DNA from: an uncultured bacterium
GTDB lineage: Bacteria; Chloroflexota; UBA5177; JANWHV01
DNA: 64,000 bases
Assembly (NCBI GenBank): GCA_963827235.1
Contig: CAWHAE010000012.1
Span: 288,001 to 352,000, forward strand
Direction: 5' to 3'
Shown: positions 19,814 through 28,482 of the stretch, in pieces
Position numbering within the stretch: the first letter of the stretch is position 1
How the letters are laid out: every line of letters begins with the position of its first letter
Translations under genes and position numbers: made by a program
The notes under the pieces: generated by a model
Told to the model about the DNA's origin: nothing
Seen by the model: the letters and a program-made list of their open reading frames with translations, nothing else
Databases searched by the model: none

Positions 19814-21556
19814 CTACGACGTGGCAGGAGATGCTATGGTCGCGAGCCGGCGTGGCAGCAGCACCCTCTCCAATCGTGGCGCTTCCGTGTCCTTCCGCCG
19901 AGCCACCAACCGGTAGCTGACGGCTAAGTTGCTGGCTCCGCCGTGCATCTCATGGACGGTGAAGCCCATAGCATCGATCTCGTCGACATACAGGCCATTG
20001 CAGTCGCCGAGCGGGGTGAGGAAGATGTGAAACTGATCCGTGTTGACTGTGGCGGCGAAGAGCGGCTCGATCATCACGCGAGCGCTGCCATCTACCACCT
20101 GCACGGTGCCGAAGTCCTCGAACCAGCATTCCGGGCTTTCCATGCAGTATAGTGCGCGATGGTAGCCATCCTCAGCCGGGACCAGGGCGTTCTTCCTTCC
20201 CGTAACAGCGAAATTGCCATCCCCATACAGGGCGAAGCTGATATGGCCGTTGGCCTGACCGTATACGCCGACGCCGGCTTCGCCATTAGCTTGGCCATAC
20301 AGGCCGACAGCGCCATCCGAGTTGTTGACACCCAATACGCCGGCCACGGACTCGCCGGTGCTGTTGCCGCCGCCGGTGCCGACGGCGACGCCGCTGCTGA
20401 AGCCATACACGCCGTTTCCACTGCTGCTCTGACCCAGCACCCCGGCGCCGCTGCTGCTCTGCCCGAACACTCCTCTGCCGGGAGTGCTGTAGCCGTAGAC
20501 GCCGTCGCCGCTGCCGGTGCTCTTGCCGGACACACCACTGCCACTCTCCGTCTCGCCAGACACGCCGACAGCGTTCGCGCTCGTGCCCAGGACGCCGACG
20601 AACGCGTCGTTGGATCCATGCACGCCCGCGGCGCTGGCGCCGGTTGACCCGCCGTAGACGCCGTCGCCGATAGTGTTGGTGCCGTAGATCCCAGAGCCAT
20701 CGGCGCTCGTGCTGCTGCCCACGACGCCAAACTTGCCGGAGCCGGAGACGCCGTAGCCGGTATCGCTCTTGCCCAGGACGCCGGTACCCGTGCTGCCGGC
20801 TCCGTGCACACCAGCGGCGTTGGCGCTTGCCGTGCCGCCGTAGACGCCATCGCCATTGGTGTTGGTGCCGTAGATTCCAGAACCGCTGGCGTCCGTGCTA
20901 CTGCCGACCACGCCAAACTTGCCCGAACCGGAGACGCCGTAGCCGCTCGCACTCTGCCCATAGACGCCCGCGCCACTACCCGAATGCACGCCGCTGACCC
21001 CGTTCCCGTTCGCCACGCTGGAGAGGCCGGCCACACCCGAGGATACGCCGGCCCTGCCACCACCCGCTATCCCGGCGAGAGCGGCCAGATACGGAGTGCT
21101 TGAGCTGCCCTGTGTGCTCGATACGGTGACAGCCTGTGAGCCATCTGCCACGAGGAAGATGAACTTGCCGCTTATCGGCGTGGCACCATCGTACGTGACC
21201 GTGGTGGGCGCCTCTGCCATGTTGGTCACGTTGAGGTCGAGTTGGTCAATAGCCGCGGCGGCCGGCTGGGCCGTATGCTCGAGTGCGACGCCTGCACCGA
21301 GTGCGGCGGCGGCCCCGCTGGCGAAGCGGGCAAGAACCTGTCGCCTGGAGTGGTTCCTTTTCTGCGAGCTTCCGCGCTGCGGAGTGGTGACGGCCGAAAG
21401 CGGTGGCGGCAGCGCGGAGTTCTGTGCACCCACCAGGGCAGCTATCCGTCGTCCCTGGCGCGCGTTCTCCGTGGCCAGGCGAGCGTGGTCCTGCTGCAAG
21501 GTGCTGACCTGTTCCACCAGTTGTGCAAGCCGTGCTTCCAGATCGGTGCGAGCCAT
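19814..21556 (-). CDS. Gly-rich GVYG-repeat fibre/adhesin-like protein with internal Tat-like motif and tail-fibre-like C-terminal domain
   Basis: N-terminal coiled coil, then SRRQVL with a hydrophobic stretch and AxA. Many GVxG repeats including a 62-aa duplication, and C-terminal YCMESPECWFEDFG...YRLVARRK. RBS AGGAGGAG. Confidence 0.7.
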   Translation of the reverse strand: MARTDLEARLAQLVEQVSTLQQDHARLATENARQGRRIAALVGAQNSALPPPLSAVTTPQRGSSQKRNHSRRQVLARFASGAAAALGAGVALEHTAQPAAAAIDQLDLNVTNMAEAPTTVTYDGATPISGKFIFLVADGSQAVTVSSTQGSSSTPYLAALAGIAGGGRAGVSSGVAGLSSVANGNGVSGVHSGSGAGVYGQSASGYGVSGSGKFGVVGSSTDASGSGIYGTNTNGDGVYGGTASANAAGVHGAGSTGTGVLGKSDTGYGVSGSGKFGVVGSSTSADGSGIYGTNTIGDGVYGGSTGASAAGVHGSNDAFVGVLGTSANAVGVSGETESGSGVSGKSTGSGDGVYGYSTPGRGVFGQSSSGAGVLGQSSSGNGVYGFSSGVAVGTGGGNSTGESVAGVLGVNNSDGAVGLYGQANGEAGVGVYGQANGHISFALYGDGNFAVTGRKNALVPAEDGYHRALYCMESPECWFEDFGTVQVVDGSARVMIEPLFAATVNTDQFHIFLTPLGDCNGLYVDEIDAMGFTVHEMHGGASNLAVSYRLVARRKDTEAPRLERVLLPRRLATIASPATS

Positions 21557-21866
21557 GCCAACTCCTCCTCCTGCATCGCCTACGAAGAACTCATGCCCGG
21601 GTACGCAACGCCGCGTTCGATGCAGCCACGCGTCCGGGCGCCGGGGCTCGTTCGCGCTCCTGCCGGCCGCTGCCCGCCTGCCATGCTCCTCAGAGCTGAA
21701 GCGCCGGAGTGCCGCCTTGTCGCTCTGGTACCGGGGTCAGAACTCCGAAGGGCACAGTGCGGACGCCCTTGCACCACGCTCTGCGGGATACGAGCACAGC
21801 GTGCACCAATGCCGTCGCCGGGGCGTCTCGGCGCTTACTCGCATATCGCCTCAGGCCGCAAGCAAC

Positions 21867-21902
21867 TGCTTGTGTAAGGTCGGTACCAACCTTACACAAG
21901 CA
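21867..21902. promoter_or_regulatory. near-perfect 36-bp palindrome TGCTTGTGTAAGGTCGGTACCAACCTTACACAAGCA
   Basis: Perfect 14-bp arms sharing CTTGTGTAAGG/CCTTACACAAG with 16118-16151. Confidence 0.65.
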
Positions 21903-21924
21903 AATAGGCACTGCACCAGCGACG

Positions 21925-22290
21925 CTGGCAGAGGTGGTGGCGCTGCGTGACACGCCCGACGCCTGGGACATCCTCGGGCAAGTGGAGCGATTCGTCGACC
22001 AGGGGCATCGACGCGCCGCGCGTCCGGCCCTGCTACGCACCCGTGGCCGGCTACTCGCCGCACGGGGTGATCTGCTAGGCGCTCTGCAGGTGCTTCTGGA
22101 CAGCGTGAACTTGGCCCGTGACCACGGCAACCTCGTGCAGCAGGGTCGCTCCCTCTACACGCTCATGCAGGTCGCGTTCGCTGCCGGCGAGCAGCAGGTA
22201 TTCGAGCGAATGGCTGGCGAGCGCCGCACCGTGATGGACGAGATTGGCCGCCAGGTGCGCGGGCTCGCCTGGTGTGCTCACCTTCCCTGA
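21925..22290 (+). pseudogene. C-terminal TPR-like fragment of a regulator
   Basis: LLRTRGRLLAARGDLLGALQVLLDSVNLARDHGNLVQQGRSLYTL, with no clear start and no ATPase portion. Confidence 0.5.
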
Positions 22291-22684
22291 GACTGGCGTG
22301 AGCCTGGGCGACCGGGGAACTGTTCGTTGTGCAGCCCTGCATGGTCATACACATCAAGCAAGCCACCGCCGCGCCGCGCGGGTGCGGCAGCGTTCAGATC
22401 GGCCGTGCCCATTTCAGGGAATCCATGGGCGCAAGGGTCACAACTGTCCTCTACCGCCTGCCACGACGCATCCGGTCGCTCCCGTTGGTAACATTCTCCC
22501 CACGGTCATGTCATGGGTGAAGTCCCGAAGCTTCGGGCCGATGGCGACGGCGCTGGATCAGGAGGCAGCATGCGACGGCGTGGTCAGCGGTGCGGAAGAC
22601 TGGCAGGAGAGCACAAACCGTGATGGCGCTCCACGCGGCGTTCACGGTCCAGGACGGCACGGGCGGGCCTATCGCGGCACGGAC

Positions 22685-23884
22685 ATGACCACGGTGACGG
22701 ACATGCAAAGCCTTGCGCGCTGGCGGAACGCGGTCATTGCGGCCTTTGCGCTTGGTGGCATCACGAGCGCGACCGTGGGGCCGCGCATGCCGAGCCTCCG
22801 CGCCGATCTCGCTGTGGACAATGCCGTCATCGGCGCGATGCTCGCGGGTGTCACCGTGGGAGCGTTTGCAGGACTGGGCTCCTCGGCACTGATCCTTTCA
22901 CGGCTCGGTGCGCGTGGGGGTATCCGCAGCGCCCTGTGGCTGGTGGCGCTCAGCCTAGCTCTCATCGGGTTCGGCGCGGGCGTCGCCCACAACCCGCTGA
23001 TAGCGTCACTCGGGTTATTCCTGGTCGGTATAGGCATAGGTGCGCTCGACGTCATGATCAACGTCGAGGGTGCCGCGGTCGAGCGAGAAGCCGGGCGAAC
23101 AGTGCTGCCGCTCATGCACGCGGCCTGGTCGGCCGGCGCGGTGATCGGCGCCGGTGTCGGGGCGGGCTGCGCGGCCTTGGACATCGCTGTTCCCTGGCAG
23201 TTCGCCGGCGAAGCGGTGCTGATCGCCGGGTGCGCCCCGATCCTGACCGCGGTAATCCCACGTATGCCGCCGGTGCTGCCGGCATCCACGAAGCGCAGCG
23301 GCGCCGAACGCCTGCGCAACTGGGCACGCGGCTGGACGCACTGGCGGCTGCTCCTCATCGGCGTCGTTATGCTTGGTGTCGAGATCGGCGAAGGATCCGC
23401 CAACAACTGGCTCACGCTGGCCGTGCGGGATGACCACCATCAAGCCGCGGCGGCCGCGGCGTTGTTCTTCGTGGTGTTCGCCGCCGCGGAGACCACCACG
23501 CGCGTCTTCGGCGGCAGGCTCGTCGACCGTGTCGGACGGAGAGCCGCAGTACGGCTCACGACGGCGCTGGGCGTGATCGGGATGCTCCTGTTCATCGTCG
23601 CCTCGCCGGCCTGGCTGGTTCTTGCCGGGACGGTCCTGTGGGCGGTAGGCGTGTCGATGGGGTTTCCGCTCGGCATGAGTGCCGCAGCAGAGAGTGGGCC
23701 GGACCCCGCGGCCCAAGTCAGTGTCGTGGCCTCCATCGGGTATGTTGCGAACTTCGTGGCTCCGCCCGCTATTGGGTTGTTGTCGCAATCGTTCGGGCTG
23801 CTCGACGCGCTCTGGCTGATCGTCGCTTTCCTCGCACTTTCGTTCGTCGCTGCTGGTGTTCTCAAGAGTGGAGCAGCGACGTGA
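22685..23884 (+). CDS. MFS transporter
   Basis: About 12 hydrophobic segments, plus GALDVMIN, MHAAWSAG and GRLVDRVGRR. Confidence 0.88.
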   Translation: MTTVTDMQSLARWRNAVIAAFALGGITSATVGPRMPSLRADLAVDNAVIGAMLAGVTVGAFAGLGSSALILSRLGARGGIRSALWLVALSLALIGFGAGVAHNPLIASLGLFLVGIGIGALDVMINVEGAAVEREAGRTVLPLMHAAWSAGAVIGAGVGAGCAALDIAVPWQFAGEAVLIAGCAPILTAVIPRMPPVLPASTKRSGAERLRNWARGWTHWRLLLIGVVMLGVEIGEGSANNWLTLAVRDDHHQAAAAAALFFVVFAAAETTTRVFGGRLVDRVGRRAAVRLTTALGVIGMLLFIVASPAWLVLAGTVLWAVGVSMGFPLGMSAAAESGPDPAAQVSVVASIGYVANFVAPPAIGLLSQSFGLLDALWLIVAFLALSFVAAGVLKSGAAT

Positions 23885-24408
23885 ACCTGCAGCTGGTCTG
23901 AGGGCACCTGTGGCGCACCACCTGCACCTCGAGGCAAAGAGGACACATTCGGTCTGTATGGTGCAGGTTCAGTCCCGAGCAGCCGCTCATGACCCGAGAG
24001 TACTGGGCACTGGCGCGTCAAGCTCCGACCGACCCGCGCACCTTGTCGCGCACGCTGAATTCAGGATGTCGGCCTTGGCAATCATGCCTCGCCCGTCTGA
24101 TCACGGCGTCACGATGTCGTCCAGCAGTGAGCTTGAGCGGCGGTACAAGCCTTGAGGTTGAGACCGGCAGGTGCATTTGTATACATGCGGCGCAAGCCAC
24201 GAGTCGAGTTTCCATGTACACCGGAGGTGTTGCTTCAGAAGCTACCCGACGAGCCAGGAATGGCCGCAAGGCTAGAGACGGTGTCTTGTTTCCACACTCC
24301 CAGGACAGTGCGCTCCTCAACTATGCTGGTTCCTTGGGCCGCCCTATGATGGCGCTGGGGGCGCTTGCTGCACGGCAGGAAGGAGCGCCTCTACAACCGC
24401 CGGCAGGA

Positions 24409-24990
24409 TTAGATAGAACCGAGCGTCAGACCTGATCTCCCCGGAAGGCGGGTCATCGCCCCAACCTTGAGGGATCCTGCGGCCGCGTCGAGGTCACATA
24501 CATAGAAATCCTCGCCCGGTGTCTCGCAGGCCCCGTGCGGATCGAAGTCGCATGTGTGCACCTTCGCGTAGGTCATCATGATCTCGCCATGCCGGTCGAT
24601 GAGCGTCATCGCGTTGCGCGGCGGTCCGTCTCAGCGCTGCAGATAGGTGACGGCAATGGCCATATATAGCTCGCGGGCCAGCGCACGGAAGGCGGTCATG
24701 TAGGGGCCGCTTTCGTCGACGGCGCTGTCTACCCAGCGTTGGTAGGCCGCGGCGTCCACGCGCGGCACAGGCCTCGTGTCCCTGGTCCAGACCGCTGGCG
24801 CGCGATACAGGCCGCCTGGGTCGCCGCTCGGCGCGGCAAAGGAGGCGTAGCCGGTGCTCCACATCTCCGCAAAGAGGGCGACATCGTCGCCCATGATGGC
24901 CGCCTGCCGGCAGTAGCGCTCGCCTCTGGCGCGGTTCATCTCGATGTCGCGCCACATGACGTGATGTGGTGCAGCGCGATGGGTGGGACC
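24409..24990 (-). pseudogene. carbon-nitrogen hydrolase (nitrilase superfamily) pseudogene
   Basis: LFAEMWSTGY (Glu) and YAKVHT (Lys) motifs are present. There is an in-frame TGA at 24631-24633 (YLQR*DGPPRNA), an apparent 5' frameshift, and the homology ends at KVGAM just before the catalytic Cys. Confidence 0.8.
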
Positions 24991-25021
24991 TGACACGGCA
25001 CCTTTCCCGCCTTCTGGAACA

Positions 25022-26038
25022 CTAAGCGGGCTGCGACCAATCAAGAGCTGCGAGCGCCTGTCGAGCCTCCTCACGCAGCTCACGCATCGGCCTGCTCGGC
25101 TGATTCGCCAAGTGTTGCACGACCAGCTTGAGCGCGGCAATATGAGCGACCTTGAGCGCATCCTCCTGTGGCACCGCGATGTCGGGCGTCACGCCGGTCC
25201 CTTCCCAGTTTGTGCCGCTAATGGGATTGATGGAGCGACAGGTCGGGATGCGGACGACAAAGTGCTCGTCGATTTGGAAATGGTCGCAAGGATGGGCGCC
25301 GCCTCCAGTCACTTCGCCCACGGTCGTGGCACGCTTGAGTTGCTGCAGAGTGTGGGCGAGGTCCTCGGCCCCGGAGAACGTGACCCGGCTGATAAGCACG
25401 AAGAGTGGCGTCGTGGGCATCCGTGGGCCCGGCACGTACGGGAGTGTCCAGAACTGCACCGTGCGATGACTTTCACGCTCGTAGATGCTATTGAGCTGCG
25501 TGGGCTCGTCGAAGAAGTAGCTCGAGAGCAAGGCAACCGTGGCCGGGTCACTGCCTCCACTCTTGCGCAAATCGATGATTATGGCACTGGCGTGGGCGAG
25601 CAGGTTCATGGCTGCTACCGCAGTCGGACCACCGACATCCGCCGGGCCGAATATGCGCAGCTCGAGGTAGCCGACATTGCCGGCCAGGCGTTCGACGCGC
25701 TCGAAGCCGAAGTTGGTCAGGGCGGCGTGCTGGCCCAATTCCTCTCGCTCCTCGGCGCTCGGCTCTCTGCCCTCGCGTGGCGGCTGCGGCTCGGCGCTGA
25801 AGAACACACGCAGGTGCTTGTCGTGACCGACTTCCTGCAGGTGTGCCGTGAGCGCGTCGCGCAGGGCTGAGCCAGTGGTGATCTCGTCGTAGTCGCCGTG
25901 GCTCATCCGCTCACGGACGGCCTCCTCCATCCTCTCTGCTACCTCCGGAAACACGTAGTAAGCCCGGAGCTTGCTCAACAGATCGTCGATGACCGTTGCC
26001 CGCCTGATCGCGTCGATGGTGATGTCGGACTCTTCCAC
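25022..26038 (-). CDS. S41 family peptidase (IRBP-like)
   Basis: DKHL, GNVGYLEL, IIDLRKSGG, TFSGAE, VGEVTGGGA and NWEGTGVTPDI. GTG start at 26038. Confidence 0.9.
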   Translation of the reverse strand: MEESDITIDAIRRATVIDDLLSKLRAYYVFPEVAERMEEAVRERMSHGDYDEITTGSALRDALTAHLQEVGHDKHLRVFFSAEPQPPREGREPSAEEREELGQHAALTNFGFERVERLAGNVGYLELRIFGPADVGGPTAVAAMNLLAHASAIIIDLRKSGGSDPATVALLSSYFFDEPTQLNSIYERESHRTVQFWTLPYVPGPRMPTTPLFVLISRVTFSGAEDLAHTLQQLKRATTVGEVTGGGAHPCDHFQIDEHFVVRIPTCRSINPISGTNWEGTGVTPDIAVPQEDALKVAHIAALKLVVQHLANQPSRPMRELREEARQALAALDWSQPA

Positions 26039-26306
26039 GGCTGCACACCCTTCGCGCTGCCACATCCTAATGCTGCCACGTCTCTGTGGCCAAGATATAC
26101 TCTGCCTCGTGGTCAAGGATCGCTGGCAATGGCGCCGGCCTCGGCAGCGTGCGTGTGGAGACGCGCGGTCATGACAAGCGACACGTCGACAGCGATAACC
26201 TGCCGGGAGCGCCGGACGGCTGCGAGAGCGTACTATCCGGTTCCGGCGCCTAGATCGAGGCGCAGCGGGAGTGGGAGACCGGATGGTGACCCCCCCCCCC
26301 ACGAGC

Positions 26307-26333
26307 CTAGCAGTCTCATGATCAAGCTGCTAG
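26307..26333. promoter_or_regulatory. degenerate CIRCE-like inverted repeat
   Basis: CTAGCAGTC-N9-AGCTGCTAG versus the consensus TTAGCACTC-N9-GAGTGCTAA, upstream of hsp20. Confidence 0.4.
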
Positions 26334-26460
26334 CAGTCACGCCGTCTATCTGTCAGGTTCGCGCGGTGGAAGTCGACATCCGCGTCGTCCCAGCACGATC
26401 GCCTCGACATTCGACGCCCAAGCCCAGATCAAATACTTGCTAGTACAACACGCATATCTA

Positions 26461-26490
26461 TTGACAGTAATGCCATCGCAGTGCTATAAC
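26461..26490 (+). promoter_or_regulatory. sigma70-type promoter of hsp20 overlapping a CIRCE-like site
   Basis: TTGACA-18 bp-TATAAC with an extended TG. TTGACAGTA-N9-CAGTGCTAT has CIRCE geometry. Confidence 0.7.
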
Positions 26491-26570
26491 GTAGATGTGA
26501 CGGGCGGCAGGGTGCCGCCCTAAGCGCTGGACAGCATGAGTCCACGAGACAATCACCGAGGAGAAAGACA

Positions 26571-27047
26571 ATGGCAATCCGGACGCTCTGGAGCCCCGTG
26601 AACGAGTTCGTAACCCTTCGCGACGCAATGGACCGCTTGGTATCCGACAGCTTCATCAATCCGCGGACGCTCTTCGCCCCGCTGGGCAACACGGCGGCCC
26701 TGCCGGCCAACCTCTTTGAGACGCCCGACAGCTACGTCGTCCAGGTTGCGCTGCCTGGCGCCGACCCGGCCAAGCTCAGCATCACGGTGCAGGGCGAAGT
26801 CGTGCAGCTCAAGGGCGAGCGCAGCATCCCGCAGGTGGAGAATGCCCAGCAGATCTGGAACGGCATCGGCTCCGGCAGCTTCGAGCAAGCTTTCAGCCTG
26901 CCGACCGCCGTCGAGGGCGAGCACACCGCTGCTTCGTACGAGCACGGCCTGCTGACGCTGACGCTGCCCAAGGTGCAGCATGCACGCTCTCACACCATCA
27001 AGGTAAGTGCCGGAGCGGGCGGCCCGCGCGCGATCGAGCAGAAGTAG
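26571..27047 (+). CDS. Hsp20/alpha-crystallin small heat shock protein
   Basis: LRDAMDRL, ALPG, LKGER, FSLP and ASYEHGLLTLTLPK. RBS GAGGAG. Confidence 0.95.
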   Translation: MAIRTLWSPVNEFVTLRDAMDRLVSDSFINPRTLFAPLGNTAALPANLFETPDSYVVQVALPGADPAKLSITVQGEVVQLKGERSIPQVENAQQIWNGIGSGSFEQAFSLPTAVEGEHTAASYEHGLLTLTLPKVQHARSHTIKVSAGAGGPRAIEQK

Positions 27048-27093
27048 CTCGCCGATCGGCCGCGACCGGCGGCACTGCCGGTGATCGCATCGA

Positions 27094-27156
27094 GGCTTCC
27101 CGCGCCCGTACCAGCTTCCCAAAGGAGGCTCGGCACGGGCGCGGGAAGCCCTTTTC
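27094..27156 (+). terminator. stem-loop terminator after hsp20
   Basis: 16-bp arms GGCTTCCCGCGCCCGT / ACGGGCGCGGGAAGCC followed by CTTTT. Confidence 0.6.
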
Positions 27157-27271
27157 ACGTGCGCGGCACGTCAACGGCCTCGGTCGCTTCAAGCGCTCGC
27201 CGCCCGACATACACTCCCGGCGGAGCTGGCGCTGCCACGCATGGTATTCCCGCCCTGTTCCGACGGACGGC

Positions 27272-27311
27272 AAGAAAAGAGCAACGCGGCCGATCGGCCG
27301 CGTTGCTCTTT
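27272..27311 (-). terminator. intrinsic terminator of the ABC export operon
   Basis: Perfect 36-bp palindrome at 27276-27311, with a T-rich tail on the minus strand. Confidence 0.7.
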
Positions 27312-27357
27312 GCGGAATCCAGAATAGTCTGCCTGCTGGCAGGTTGAGTGCCCGGCG

Positions 27358-28461
27358 TCAGTTGCCGCTTCCGCTCGGGACGCCCTGGCCGCTCTGTCCT
27401 CCATAGCCGCCGGTGCCGCCCTGGCCGCCGCCGAATCCACCGCCGGCGCCCCGGGTGGGAGGATTGGTCAGCGAGGCTATCATGCCCTGCAGCGAGCACG
27501 TAACCACGTTGAGCGCCGTGGCTGATCCCGTGCCCGAGCTCTGGAGCACCGTCACTGAATCGCCGCTGTGCATGGCGCTGCCGGTCGTCTTGACGAGCCG
27601 GTAGACCACCGTCGAAGAGTCGACGGATATCGAGAGACTGCGGCCGCTGGCGGTCTGCAAGGTCAGCGTGTTGCCGCTGAGTGATACGACCGTGCCGGCC
27701 GGTGAGAAGCCGCCGAATCCGCCGGAGGCGGTCTGCTGCTGCCGGACATAGCCGTAGAGGCTGCCGGACGGCGCGATCGTGATGTCGCCGGCGCTGAATC
27801 CCTGCGAGGAGCTGCCCGCGGCGAGACTCACGGTAACCTTCTGGCCCTTCGCGATCGCACTACCCGAGGCGGCCTGCGCGGTGTAGAACGTGGTCGAGGA
27901 CGAGGTGGCAACCGTCTGATTGCTACCCTGGACCGTCTTGATCGTCACGTTCCCGTGGCCTACGCTCACGAGCGTGCCCGTCAGCTCGGCCGAATCGACA
28001 GCCGTGCCCGAGGCCGCGGGCGCCGAGCCGCTACCCTGGCTTCCCGAAGCACTGCCGCCCGGCTGGCCACCCGAAGCGCTACCGCTACCCTGGCCGCCCG
28101 AAGCACTGCCGCTGCCCTGGCCGCCTGAAGCACTGCTGCTACCCTGGCCGCCGGCGGAGCTGGTGGTCTGGGTGGAGCTTGCCGGCGGGGTCGCGTAGGC
28201 AAGCGCCGCTTGGATCTGCGAGCTGCCCGACGAGCTGCCGCCGAAGTAGCTGCCGGTCCTCCCTGTAGTGCCGCCGGCACCGCCAAAACCGCCACCGGCC
28301 CCGCCCGCGCCGGTCGCGGTCGGCGGGTTGTACTGCGTGAAGAGCGGCTGGTCCACGTTGTTCTGGTACACGCGTCCGCCGTAGAACGCCAGCCCCACGC
28401 AGAGCACGAGCGCGAGCAGGAAGCCCGCCACCTTGATGTTCAATCTCCTGGCCTGATTCAT
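27358..28461 (-). CDS. membrane-anchored DUF5666-like (OB-fold-like) protein with Gly/Ser linker
   Basis: One N-terminal TM and two GTxVSxxGNxxTxxT...V.V.SST...GxxVTV units. Last gene of the operon. Confidence 0.65.
   Translation of the reverse strand: MNQARRLNIKVAGFLLALVLCVGLAFYGGRVYQNNVDQPLFTQYNPPTATGAGGAGGGFGGAGGTTGRTGSYFGGSSSGSSQIQAALAYATPPASSTQTTSSAGGQGSSSASGGQGSGSASGGQGSGSASGGQPGGSASGSQGSGSAPAASGTAVDSAELTGTLVSVGHGNVTIKTVQGSNQTVATSSSTTFYTAQAASGSAIAKGQKVTVSLAAGSSSQGFSAGDITIAPSGSLYGYVRQQQTASGGFGGFSPAGTVVSLSGNTLTLQTASGRSLSISVDSSTVVYRLVKTTGSAMHSGDSVTVLQSSGTGSATALNVVTCSLQGMIASLTNPPTRGAGGGFGGGQGGTGGYGGQSGQGVPSGSGN
28020..28154 (-). repeat. 27-bp coding tandem repeat (GGQGSGSAS x about 5)
   Basis: Visible in both the DNA and the translation; boundaries approximate. 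Confidence 0.75.
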
Positions 28462-28482
28462 GGTTTCTTCTCCAGAGGACGA

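Noticed and set aside
19726-20217. Diversity-generating retroelement (TR/VR pair) for the fibre gene
   Set aside because: Mismatches involve all bases and fall largely at third codon positions, not adenine-specifically, and I saw no reverse transcriptase in the window.
1071-24633. Stop-codon recoding (TGA 1071, TAG 5538, TGA 24631)
   Set aside because: TGA and TAG end many intact genes here, the nitrilase copy has other lesions, and no Sec or Pyl machinery is visible. Pseudogenisation is simpler.
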